Source: an uncultured Gemmatimonadales bacterium
GTDB taxonomy: Bacteria > Gemmatimonadota > Gemmatimonadetes > Gemmatimonadales > GWC2-71-9
Direction of reading: 5' to 3'
DNA length: 64,000 nucleotides
Assembly (NCBI GenBank): GCA_963730185.1
Contig: CAVSQW010000009.1
Span: 128,001-192,000 of the forward strand
Shown here: positions 49,624 through 58,791 of the stretch, piece by piece
How positions within the stretch are numbered: position 1 is the stretch's first letter
How the letters are laid out: every line of letters starts with the position of its first letter
Notes under the pieces: generated by a model
Told to the model about the DNA's origin: nothing
The model's input: the letters and a program-made list of their open reading frames with translations, nothing else
The model's database searches: none
Made by a program: the position numbers and the translations under genes

Positions 49624-50970
49624 ATGACGCGGATCTGGACTGGGCTGGTCGCAGGCCTGCTCGCCCTGGCGGGGCCGCTCGCGGCCCAACGCCCGATCGC
49701 GATCGTCGGAGCTCGAATCATCGACGGCAACGGCGGTCCGCCGATCGAGTCGGGGGTGGTTGTGATCCGGGGCGACCGGATCGCCGCCGTGGGGCCGGTG
49801 GGCGCGGTGCGGGTTCCCGCCGACGCGGTCCGGATCGACGGACGAGGCCGGTCGGTGCTGCCCGGCCTGGCTGATCTCCACGTCCACCTGACGGGCGGTT
49901 GGGACGGCGAGACGAGCGACCTCTTGAGCCCGCACCGGATGCTCTCCGCCCTGCTCTACGCCGGCGTCACCACGGTGTTCGACACCGGCAACATCCTGCC
50001 CTATATCCTCCAGGTCACTCGCGAGATCGACGCCGGCCGTCTCGACGGCCCGCACATCCGCTTCGTCGGGCCGCTGGTCGACGGTGCCAATCCCGCCTGG
50101 CCGCCGCTTTCCCTCGCCGTGGCGACCCCGGCGCAGATCGGACCCTACGTTCGCCAGCTCCGGGCGGCCGGGGTCACGATGGTCAAGGGTTATGGCGGGC
50201 TCTCGACCGAGTTGCTGACGGACCTGGTCCAGGCGGCCGCCCGCGACACCCTCGCGGTGGTCGTCGATGCCTGGCGGAAGAACGGCACCTTGGAGATCGC
50301 CCAGACGGGGATCGCCGCGTTTGCCCACCTGGGCACGGTGCCGATCACTCCGGAGACCGTGGCCTACCTGCGCGACCACCAAGTCGCCAGCCTGACGACG
50401 CTGGCGGTCTACGAGTCGTTCAGTCGCCGCCGCTTCCGGGACCTGTCGTTCCTCGAGGGCCCGCTCCTCGGCGGGTCCTTTCCCCCGGCCTTTGCCGCCG
50501 AGCTCCGGGCCTTCGCCGAGCATCCGCTCAGCGGGGCCGACAGCGGCCGGGCCCGCGCGGCGATGGACCGGCTGGTCGTCGCCGAGCACAACCTGAAGCA
50601 GCTCTTCGACGCCGGCATCCTCCTGGCCGCGGGCACCGATGCCCCCTATCCCGGCGACTGGTACGGCGAAGGGCTCCACCGCGAGCTCGAGCTGATCGTC
50701 GAGGCCGGGCTGACGCCGCTCCAGGCCCTGACGTTGGCGACCCGAAACGCGGCGCGATTCCTCCATGAGTCCGACTGGGGCACCCTCGAACCCGGCCAGC
50801 GGGCCGACGTCATCGTGGTGCGGGGTGATCCGTCCCGGCGAATCAGCGATACCCGGCGGGTGGAGCTGGTGTTCAAGGATGGTCGCCGGCTCGACCGGAG
50901 CCGGCTCCGCTTCGATCCCGCCCGAGACCCCGGCTATCGGGCCGCCGGCGCGGCGAATGCCACTCCCTGA
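49624..50970 (+). CDS. Exported metal-dependent amidohydrolase
   Basis: GGGAGG RBS; signal peptide; PGLADLHVH, GVTTVFD, AGTDAP, GLTPLQAL..ATRN, GQRADVIVV.GDP. Confidence 0.92.
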   Translation: MTRIWTGLVAGLLALAGPLAAQRPIAIVGARIIDGNGGPPIESGVVVIRGDRIAAVGPVGAVRVPADAVRIDGRGRSVLPGLADLHVHLTGGWDGETSDLLSPHRMLSALLYAGVTTVFDTGNILPYILQVTREIDAGRLDGPHIRFVGPLVDGANPAWPPLSLAVATPAQIGPYVRQLRAAGVTMVKGYGGLSTELLTDLVQAAARDTLAVVVDAWRKNGTLEIAQTGIAAFAHLGTVPITPETVAYLRDHQVASLTTLAVYESFSRRRFRDLSFLEGPLLGGSFPPAFAAELRAFAEHPLSGADSGRARAAMDRLVVAEHNLKQLFDAGILLAAGTDAPYPGDWYGEGLHRELELIVEAGLTPLQALTLATRNAARFLHESDWGTLEPGQRADVIVVRGDPSRRISDTRRVELVFKDGRRLDRSRLRFDPARDPGYRAAGAANATP

Positions 50971-50988
50971 CCGGGTGCGGTCACCGGG

Positions 50989-51124
50989 CTAGGGAAGCGC
51001 GAACGCCACGAGGTTGTCGCCCAGCCGCGTGCCGGCGGTGCTGTGACCGCCGGCCGCGATCACCACGTCCTGCTTCCCATCGACCAGGTAGGTCATCGGC
51101 GTGGCGATGCCGCCCGCCGCAGCT
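50989..51124 (-). pseudogene. Orphan 3' fragment of a PQQ dehydrogenase paralog
   Basis: Encodes AGGIATPMTYLVDGKQDVVIAAGGHSTAGTRLGDNLVAFALP*, nearly identical to 52287-52423; similarity stops abruptly upstream. Confidence 0.88.
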
Positions 51125-51545
51125 CGTTTGAGCCAGGACTCCGAATCACGTTGAGTGGCGTTCGAAGCTCGTCTCCTGCTTGCTCGCAGAGTGACGGGAG
51201 GAGTCGATCCGCTCCATTGGACCAGGTGTCGCCGACACCTTTGGACGGGTTGGGTGTGACCGGGGCCTTCGCGATTCGCGGCGCCGCTCGGTCGAGCTGG
51301 CGTGTTGGGCCTGGTGGGGACGCTGGCGGTCGTGGCGGCACTGCTCGCGGAGTGGCAGTGGGGAGTGGATCTCGCCGTGGTCCAGGGCTCGGTGGTGATC
51401 CCCGCGATCTGGCGGCTCACCCTCCACCTGGGCGCGGCGATGCTGCTCTGGCAGGCGGTGACGGTCTTCCTTCGTCCGGGAGCTAGGCTTGCGTGGATGG
51501 GTCCGCGGCGCGTTCCCACCCTCCTTCTCCTGGTAGCCCCGAGCG

Positions 51546-52283
51546 TCAGACCATCAGGTCTCCGCCGTTGATGTCGGCCGCGGCTCCGGTGATGTAGGCC
51601 GCTCGGTCGGAGGCCAGGAAGGCGATCAGATCAGCCACCTCGCCGGGATGTCCCAGGCGCTGAATGGGGAAGCTGGTCCGATAGGCCTCGAGCGCCGTCG
51701 GGGTCACGTTGCCGCGCACCATCTCCGTATCGATCAGGCCCGGACACACTGCGTTGACCGTAATGCCGTCCGGGGCGAGCTCCTTCGCCGCGGCACGGGT
51801 TAGGCCGAGGACACCGGCTTTCGACGCGGTGTAGTGGGCGCCGCCCAGGGTGCTGACCGACTTGCCCGCGGTCGACGACAGGTTGACGATTCGGCCCCAC
51901 CCGCGGGCCCGCATCATCGGCGTGACCGCCTGCATCGCCAGAAAGACCCCGGTGAGGTTCACGTCGAGCGTCCTTCGCCACTCCTCTTCCGGGATCTGCT
52001 CGAACCGGGTCGGGTAGAGGACGCCGGCGCAGGTGACGAGCACGTCGAGGCGCTCGAATCGGGCTGTCACTCGCTCGACCACGTCCCGAATCGAGGTGCG
52101 GCTGGCCACGTCGCCGGGGACCGCCAGGGTGTCGGAGCCCAAGGTTCGAACGGCCGCAGCCACCTGGTCCGGATCGAGATCGTTGACCGCCAGCGCGTGT
52201 CCGTCCTGCGCCAACCGCTCCGCGACAGCGCGCCCGATCCCCCGCGCCGCGCCGGTCACCAAGGCCACTCGTCGATCGGTCAC
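51546..52283 (-). CDS. SDR family oxidoreductase (FabG-like)
   Basis: TGAARGIG, CAG, NLSS, YTASK, NAVCPG, YITG...INGG. Confidence 0.95.
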   Translation of the reverse strand: MTDRRVALVTGAARGIGRAVAERLAQDGHALAVNDLDPDQVAAAVRTLGSDTLAVPGDVASRTSIRDVVERVTARFERLDVLVTCAGVLYPTRFEQIPEEEWRRTLDVNLTGVFLAMQAVTPMMRARGWGRIVNLSSTAGKSVSTLGGAHYTASKAGVLGLTRAAAKELAPDGITVNAVCPGLIDTEMVRGNVTPTALEAYRTSFPIQRLGHPGEVADLIAFLASDRAAYITGAAADINGGDLMV

Positions 52284-52286
52284 GAG

Positions 52287-54263
52287 TCAGGGTAGGGCAA
52301 AGGCCACGAGATTGTCGCCCAGCCGGGTGCCGGCGGTGCTGTGACCGCCGGCCGCGATCACCACGTACTGCTTCCCGTCGGCCAAGTAGGTCATCGGCGT
52401 GGCGATGCCGCCCGCCGGCAGCTTGGCCTGCCAGAGGACCTTGCCGGTCTCGACGTCGAACGCCCGGAGCTGCTCGTCCATGGTCGAGGCGATGAACACG
52501 AGCCCGCCGGCGGTGATCATCGGGCCGCCGATGGTGATCGAGCCCCATTGGTCGCTCCCCGGGATGGAATCCAGGCCTTTCATCGTTCCGAGCGGTACCT
52601 CCCACGCCACGGCGCCGGTCGAGACGTTGATCGCCGTCAGCAGGCCCCACGGTGGCTTGACACAGGGAAGCCCGTTGGGCGCCACGAACGCGCCTCGCTC
52701 CATCGTATACGGAGTCCCGCGTTGATTGCCCTGGTCCGGGCTCACCCGTCGGGAGAGCGTGATCCACATCGGGAGCCGCATGTGGTTCACGACCAGAAGG
52801 CCGTGGGTCCGATCGAACGCGACCCCACCCCAGTTGATCCCCCCTGCAAAGCTCGGTAGCTCCGCGATCCCTTCGAGGCTCGGCGGTCCGAAGAACGCGC
52901 CCGAGGAGAGGCCGGCGAACTGCTTTCGACACGCGGCCAGGTCGGCCGGCGTCGCCCCCCAGAGATCCTTGGGGTCGAGTCCCAAGGGGTCGAGCGGCTT
53001 GGGGAGGGTGGGAAACGGTTGAGTCGCCGAAGCCTGCTCGCCCGGGACGGTGCTCGCCGGCACCGGTCGCTCTTCGACCGGAAAGATCGGCTTGCCGGTC
53101 TCGCGGTCCAGGAAGTAGAGGAAGCCCATCTTGGTCGCCACCACGACCGCCGCCAGGTCGGCCCCGTCGCGGTGGATCGTGACCAGCGAGGGCTGGGCCG
53201 GGATGTCGTAATCCCAGAGGTCGTGGTGCACCACTTGGAAATGCCAGACCACCTCCCCGGTCGTGGCCCGCAGCGCCACGAGCGAATTGGCGAAGGCGTT
53301 CGTCCCGGGCCGCTCGCCGCCGTAGAAATCCGGCGCCGCCGATCCCGTCGGCACGAACACCAGGCCGCGCTCGGCGTCCACGCTCAGCGGCGGCCAGGCG
53401 TTGGCGCCGCCGGTACGCCGGGCGGCCTCCGGGGTCCAGTCCTTCCAGGTCGGATCCCTGGGCGAGCGGGGAATCGGATCCCAGCCCCAGAGCTTTCGGC
53501 CGGTCCGGACGTCGTAGGCCCGGACCACGCCGTGCTCCATGTCTACCCGCCGGTTGTCGCCCATCGACGAGCCCACGACCACGACGTCGCCGATGATGGC
53601 CGGCGGCGAGGTGACGCCGTACTGGCCGACCTGGACCGGGCCGACGTCCTGATCCAACCGGACGGTTCCCGAGTCGCCGAAGTCCCGGCACGGCCGACCG
53701 GTGGTGGCGTCGAGGGCCAACAGGCGGGCATCGACGGTTCCGAACAGGATCCGCCGCCCGCATTCGCCGCCGGGGCGGTCGTGGTCGGCCCAATAGGCAA
53801 CGCCCCGCGACATCAGGCCCTCGTTCCGCTCGAGCATCGGATCGATCTTGGGGTCGTGCCGCCAGAGCGTCCGGCCGGACTCGGGGTCGAGCGCCAGCAC
53901 CCGGTTGAACGGGGTACTGAGGTACAGGCGACCATCGGCGATGATGGAGGTTGCCTCGAACTTGTACTGCTCGCGGTGACAGCGGGCGCAGCCCGTGATC
54001 GGGCCACTCATCTCCCCGGTCTGGTGGGCACCGTCGCCGGTATGGATGGCCCAGGCCAGCTTCAGGCCGGCGACGTTGCCGCGATCGATCTGGTCGAGCG
54101 GCGAGAAACGAGTCCCTCCGGGATCGCCGCCATAGCTGCTCCACTCGGCGCCGCTCGGCCGAGTCGCTTGGTCGGCGACCGGTGGTTCGGACCGAGGCCC
54201 GCACCCGCTGGTCGCGGCGAGCAGGGCGAGCCACGTCGGAGCCGGGCGGCGGATGACGATCAT
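52287..54263 (-). CDS. PQQ-dependent dehydrogenase lipoprotein (glucose/quinate type, no N-terminal TM anchor)
   Basis: GGAG RBS; LLAATSGC lipobox; WSSYGGD.GGTRFSPL, SRGVAYW, GGANAW, HHDLWDYD, PCVKPPWG, ATPMTY. Confidence 0.94.
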   Translation of the reverse strand: MIVIRRPAPTWLALLAATSGCGPRSEPPVADQATRPSGAEWSSYGGDPGGTRFSPLDQIDRGNVAGLKLAWAIHTGDGAHQTGEMSGPITGCARCHREQYKFEATSIIADGRLYLSTPFNRVLALDPESGRTLWRHDPKIDPMLERNEGLMSRGVAYWADHDRPGGECGRRILFGTVDARLLALDATTGRPCRDFGDSGTVRLDQDVGPVQVGQYGVTSPPAIIGDVVVVGSSMGDNRRVDMEHGVVRAYDVRTGRKLWGWDPIPRSPRDPTWKDWTPEAARRTGGANAWPPLSVDAERGLVFVPTGSAAPDFYGGERPGTNAFANSLVALRATTGEVVWHFQVVHHDLWDYDIPAQPSLVTIHRDGADLAAVVVATKMGFLYFLDRETGKPIFPVEERPVPASTVPGEQASATQPFPTLPKPLDPLGLDPKDLWGATPADLAACRKQFAGLSSGAFFGPPSLEGIAELPSFAGGINWGGVAFDRTHGLLVVNHMRLPMWITLSRRVSPDQGNQRGTPYTMERGAFVAPNGLPCVKPPWGLLTAINVSTGAVAWEVPLGTMKGLDSIPGSDQWGSITIGGPMITAGGLVFIASTMDEQLRAFDVETGKVLWQAKLPAGGIATPMTYLADGKQYVVIAAGGHSTAGTRLGDNLVAFALP

Positions 54264-54804
54264 GAGGAGCTCCCGTCGAATCGATCTGGAAGGTAGGGCG
54301 GGCTTCTGCCGGTAGTCCAGCGCACCGATGTCTTCGTACCACAACGGCCGAGATGGTGTTCAGCGTGGCGAAGAAGTCTGGGCGAGCCAAAAGGATCGCC
54401 TGGCGTCCGAGCTCCACCGGCGTCCCCTGAGCCACCACCACCAGGAGCACCAGGAGGCTCGGTGGGTCGTGAATCCGGAGAAGCCATCGCCCCATGGGGC
54501 GGCTTGGCGAGCTGATCGGAGGGAGGACGGGATGGGGAGGTGGCGAGTGGGCTTCGTCTTGGGCGACCGCGAACGTCGAGCGTCCCACGAGCGAACGAAC
54601 TGGCCATCCGCCCGCGAGCGAGTGGTGCACAGGGCTGGCTGAGCGAAACCGGCGGGACGGCGCCATCGTCGGGATGGAGAAGATCCGGCCTAACGTTCGC
54701 CCGAGGACCCGTCCCGCATTCGGGACGCCGTCCACCGCGCAACCGTCGGCGGGGATCGGGCATCTCATGGAAACGGAGCCGCCACCGCCGATGCCGAGCC
54801 GCCG

Positions 54805-55326
54805 ATGACCGCGTCACGCCTCATGCAATTCGACCGTTTCGAGCTCGACCCGTATCGGCGCTCGCTCACGATTGACGGCGCCCGGGTACCGATGCCGACC
54901 CAGCTGATGTCGGCGCTGATCTACTTGATCCGGCGCCGGGACACCGAGGTCACCCGACGCGAGCTCCGGCGGGCGCTCTACCGGCGGGAGGAGTCCGATA
55001 CCGACGCGGCCCTCGATCGCTGCGTGGCTGAGCTCCGGCGAATCCTTGGCGACGACGATCGGCGGCCCCGCCTGGTCGTGACCAAGCCGCGAATGGGGTA
55101 CCGCTTCGTCGGGGCGCTAGCCGGCGATCTGTCGCAGGACTCATCAGAGCCGAGCCCCAGGTTGTTGACCGTCGGCGCGGCGCCGGTGGCTGCCGCGCCT
55201 GCCGCTCCTCCGGCGTCCCGGCGGGGTGAGCGTCGTCGGTCGGCCCGGGTGCTGCGGAATCTTCCAGTCTGGAACACACTTCCCGGACTGGACCGCCTCC
55301 GGTCCTCCCCGGCGTCGGGGACTTGA
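54805..55326 (+). CDS. Winged-helix (OmpR/CadC-type Trans_reg_C) protein without a receiver domain
   Basis: FDRFELD...R.L..DG..V, VTRRELRRAL, LDRCVAELRRILGDD...PRLV.T.PR.GYRF, followed by a low-complexity tail. Confidence 0.85.
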   Translation: MTASRLMQFDRFELDPYRRSLTIDGARVPMPTQLMSALIYLIRRRDTEVTRRELRRALYRREESDTDAALDRCVAELRRILGDDDRRPRLVVTKPRMGYRFVGALAGDLSQDSSEPSPRLLTVGAAPVAAAPAAPPASRRGERRRSARVLRNLPVWNTLPGLDRLRSSPASGT

Positions 55327-55496
55327 TCTCGGTCGGGCCCTCCTCGCAGTTCCCCGCCGCTGTCTCGACCCCCGTCGAGACCATGAACTCTTCGTCACGC
55401 TGCCTACAACCCGCCTTCAAGCCCGGATCGCTTGGGTACAGGGGGAGAAGGTATGCTGCGGGCGGGGTCGATGATGCATCCGGGCAAGGAGGAGAC

Positions 55497-56165
55497 ATGC
55501 TGACCAGGCGCCGTGAGTTCCTCGAACGCATTGCCCTGGGCGGGCTCGGAGCCGCTGCCCTCGGCGCTCTCGACGTGGCCTCGATCGAGGCCCAAGGTCC
55601 GGCTGCCCGGCTCTGGGACCTGACCTGGGTCAAGCGGCTCAACGGGAAGCATCGGGCGATCTTCGACATCCCGGCCATCGAGGACGGCTACGGCGTCTGG
55701 CGCGCAGTGCTCTGGCGCAAGCAATACGCGGCCGTCTTCGGGCTTCAGGAAGCCCAGATGAACACCGTCCTCAACATCCGGCACGACGGCATCGCCCTGG
55801 TCCTGAATCAGGACTTCTGGCGGGAGTACGACATCGCGTCCCAATGGGCGGTCAAAGATCCTGTTACCCGGCGAGCCACGACGCGCAATCCGATTCTCGA
55901 CCGGACCGGCCCCAACGCCCTCCCTCCCGAATACGAGGACTTCACGCTCGAGAAGGTCATGGCCGGCGGAGCGATCGTGCTGGCCTGCTCGATGGCGCTC
56001 CGCGACTGTGCCGAGGTCGTGTCCCAGCGCGATCGAGTCCCGAAGGCGGAGGCCGACAAGAAGGTCCGGGCTATGATCCATCCCGGCGTCATCCTGCAGC
56101 CGTCGGGTATCTTCTCCGCGGTGCTGGCCCAGGAGAACGGCTGCGCCTACGTCCGGGCCTCCTGA
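55497..56165 (+). CDS. Tat-exported DsrE-like protein
   Basis: AGGAGGAG RBS; TRRREFL twin-arginine signal; KHRAIFD, IRH, RNP, VLACSMAL, GVILQPSGIF...AQE.G..Y. Confidence 0.8.
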   Translation: MLTRRREFLERIALGGLGAAALGALDVASIEAQGPAARLWDLTWVKRLNGKHRAIFDIPAIEDGYGVWRAVLWRKQYAAVFGLQEAQMNTVLNIRHDGIALVLNQDFWREYDIASQWAVKDPVTRRATTRNPILDRTGPNALPPEYEDFTLEKVMAGGAIVLACSMALRDCAEVVSQRDRVPKAEADKKVRAMIHPGVILQPSGIFSAVLAQENGCAYVRAS

Positions 56166-56182
56166 CCGGGGCCCGAGCGTCG

Positions 56183-57493
56183 CTACCCGATCGCCCGGCG
56201 GTGGGTCTCGGGGGCGAGCCAGGTGGCGACGACGGTAATCAGCGACATCGCCCCCATGTAGGCGGCGACGGAACCGGTTCCGTGGCGGGCGAGCAGCCAG
56301 GTCGCGATCAGGGGTGACAGTCCGCCCGAGATCACCGAGGCGAGCTGATAGATCAGCGAGGCCCCGCTGTAGCGGACGTGGGCTCCGAACAACTCGGCAA
56401 AATAGGCGGCCTGAGGGCCGTACATCATGTCGTGCCCGAAGTTGAGACCGAGCATGATGGCCAGGACGACCGGAAGGCCAGGGCCGAGTCCGATCAGCCA
56501 GAAGAACGGCAAGGCGTAGAGCATCGAAAAGACGGCCCCGGCGAGATAGACGGGCCGCCGGCCGAAGCGATCGGAGAGGTGCCCCCAGAGCGGGGTCGTA
56601 AAGAGCCCCGTGAAGGCCGCCACCGCCACCCCCGCCAGCATCGTGTTCTTGGTGTAGCCCAAAGTTTGTTGCCCGTAGCTCAACACGAACACGGTGAAGA
56701 AGTAGAACAGCGCGTTCTGGGCCAGTCGCATGCCCATGCCGACCAGGACCTCTCGCGGGTGCTCGCGGAAGACCTGGACCAGGGGGATTTTGACCTCGCG
56801 TTTGGCGGCCTTCACCTTCTCGAAGGCCGGCGTCTCCATGATCCGAAGCCGGACGAAGAGGCCGATCGCGATCAGGATCGTGCTGAGGAGAAACGGAACC
56901 CGCCAACCCCAGGCCAGGAACTGCGACTCGGACAGAGTGTTCGAGAAGACGAAGAAGACGCCGGTGGAGAGGAGGCTCCCGGCGGGAACCCCCATCTGGG
57001 GCCAGCTGCCGTGAAACCCGCGCCGCTCGCCGCCGGAGTGCTCGACCGCCATCAGCACCGCTCCGCCCCATTCGCCGCCCACGCCGATCCCCTGGGCAAA
57101 GCGAAGGATCGTGAGCAGCACCGGCGCCCACACCCCGATCGTGGCGTACGACGGAATGACGCCGATCAGCGCCGTCGCGATGCCCATCAACAACAGTGAC
57201 CAGACCAGCATCGATTTCCGGCCGATCCGATCGCCGTAGTGGCCGAAGATGATGCCGCCCAGCGGTCGCGCGAGGAAGCCGATCGCAAAGGTTCCGTAGG
57301 CGCTGAGCGTGCCGATCAGGGGATCGACGTTGGGAAAGAAGAGCTTGTTGAAGACGAGAGCGGCGAAGGTGCCGTAGAGGAAGAAGTCGTACCACTCGAC
57401 CGTAGTCCCGATGAAGCTGGCCAACACGACCTGTCGGATCGAGCTCCGAGGCCTGAGCGGCCCGCCTGACGCGCCGCGCTCGGTTGCGACCAT
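56183..57493 (-). CDS. MHS family MFS transporter (ShiA-like)
   Basis: GTTVEWYDFFLYG, ARPLGGIIFGHYGDRIGRK, GGEWGGAVLMAVE, RLRIMETP, ELF...VRYSG. Confidence 0.95.
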   Translation of the reverse strand: MVATERGASGGPLRPRSSIRQVVLASFIGTTVEWYDFFLYGTFAALVFNKLFFPNVDPLIGTLSAYGTFAIGFLARPLGGIIFGHYGDRIGRKSMLVWSLLLMGIATALIGVIPSYATIGVWAPVLLTILRFAQGIGVGGEWGGAVLMAVEHSGGERRGFHGSWPQMGVPAGSLLSTGVFFVFSNTLSESQFLAWGWRVPFLLSTILIAIGLFVRLRIMETPAFEKVKAAKREVKIPLVQVFREHPREVLVGMGMRLAQNALFYFFTVFVLSYGQQTLGYTKNTMLAGVAVAAFTGLFTTPLWGHLSDRFGRRPVYLAGAVFSMLYALPFFWLIGLGPGLPVVLAIMLGLNFGHDMMYGPQAAYFAELFGAHVRYSGASLIYQLASVISGGLSPLIATWLLARHGTGSVAAYMGAMSLITVVATWLAPETHRRAIG

Positions 57494-57568
57494 CGTATGT
57501 CCTGAAGGAGAAGGGGGGATGATGCAGCCGGATGGCGGACCGGGCAAGGTGTCCGGACGACGGGCTCG

Positions 57569-57868
57569 TCAGTCGGCCGGGCGAAGAGCGACCTCCAACG
57601 CTCCTTCGTGACAGAGGCCGCGGACCCGAGCCTCGTCGTAGCGGCGCTGTCCTTGGACGGTCAAGCAGGGATCGCGAAGACACACCCCGCAGTCGAGCGT
57701 GGTACCCAGCCGCTCCTCGCGCGACCTCCGGTCGAGGACCCAGGGCCGAACCTGCCAGGGCGGATCGTGCCGAACATGCTGGATGTGGCCGCACTCGAGG
57801 TCGGCCACCCACTGCGGCTCCTGGTCGCGGTGGAACCCGACGATTCGTCGAGGAATGCCGGCGCGCAT
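57569..57868 (-). CDS. DUF3565 family protein with C-terminal extension
   Basis: IVGFHRD....WVADLECGH.QHVRH.PPW..RPWV.....R...LG..LDC..C; tail YDEARVRGLCHEGALE. Confidence 0.85.
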   Translation of the reverse strand: MRAGIPRRIVGFHRDQEPQWVADLECGHIQHVRHDPPWQVRPWVLDRRSREERLGTTLDCGVCLRDPCLTVQGQRRYDEARVRGLCHEGALEVALRPAD

Positions 57869-57878
57869 TCGACGCTGC

Positions 57879-58724
57879 CTAACGCTCGCCCGTTGTCGCC
57901 GTCGTCCCGAGCGGCCGGCGGTCGGGTTGCAGCTCGATCAGATGGACCTCGGGCGGGGCGTTGATCCGGACCGGCAGCGTGGTGCAGCCGACCCCGCGGG
58001 AGACCAACAGAGCCCGGCCGGGCCCCAACTCGTAGTAGCCGCCGGGATACACCCGGCTCAGGCCGCCCTGGGGGAGCACCGGACGCCAGCCCCCGGGCAG
58101 CACGATCTGACCGCCGTGGGTGTGCCCGGCCATCGCTAACCGAAAGGGCGCGTTGCCCAGGTCGAGCAACCCGCTCGGCTGGTGCATCAGCACCAGTCGA
58201 ATCGGGCGGGCGTCGCGAAACGCGGTTGGCGCGTCGGGATGGCCCGACAGGTGGTCGTCGAGGCCGACCACCGAGACCTGGTCGAAGGGCGGCGGCAGAT
58301 GGACCGCCCGGTTGGTGAGCATGGTGATGCCGGCGCTCGCCAGAATGGCCTCCACCCGCGCCCCCCCCGCCCAGTGATCGTGGTTGCCGAGCACGCCGAA
58401 TCGGCCCAGCGGTGCCGGGACCGTGTCGAGCAGCTCCGCCAACGCCTCGGCGTAACGGGCCTCGAGGCTCACGAAGTCGCCGCCGAGGAGCAGCAGGTCG
58501 GGTGCGAGCTCGCGGAGCTTCGCGGCGGTATCGTGGAGGACCGCCGTGGCCGTGGTCGGGCCGGCGTGGAAGTCCGAGGCGAAGGCGACCCGGAGTGGCC
58601 GGTCTCCTCCCAACGCCGCGGCCATCCGGTGACGGGTTACCCGCACGGTGTGGAAGAGCCCGAGGGCCTCGACGATCCGAGCCGGCCACGGATTGGGCGT
58701 AATGGTCCGGTGGAGGCGCTCCAT
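57879..58724 (-). CDS. Metallophosphoesterase (YkuE/YaeI-like)
   Basis: SDFH, GGDF, LGNHD, MHQP, GHTHGGQI, VSRGVG. Confidence 0.93.
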   Translation of the reverse strand: MERLHRTITPNPWPARIVEALGLFHTVRVTRHRMAAALGGDRPLRVAFASDFHAGPTTATAVLHDTAAKLRELAPDLLLLGGDFVSLEARYAEALAELLDTVPAPLGRFGVLGNHDHWAGGARVEAILASAGITMLTNRAVHLPPPFDQVSVVGLDDHLSGHPDAPTAFRDARPIRLVLMHQPSGLLDLGNAPFRLAMAGHTHGGQIVLPGGWRPVLPQGGLSRVYPGGYYELGPGRALLVSRGVGCTTLPVRINAPPEVHLIELQPDRRPLGTTATTGER

Positions 58725-58791
58725 CGCCTTGCGCCACGAGGACAGGTTGCGAATGTGACGGTCGGTCAGAGCGCTCCCTCGCGTCGCCGGA

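Noticed and set aside
51302..51571. 89-aa hydrophobic ORF
   Set aside because: No clear RBS, it overlaps the SDR stop, and I recognise no family. It may be a decayed membrane-protein fragment but is not supportable as a CDS.
51631..54768. 1045-aa ORF
   Set aside because: Off-frame reading over the PQQ dehydrogenase and SDR genes, dominated by Arg, Gly and Pro.
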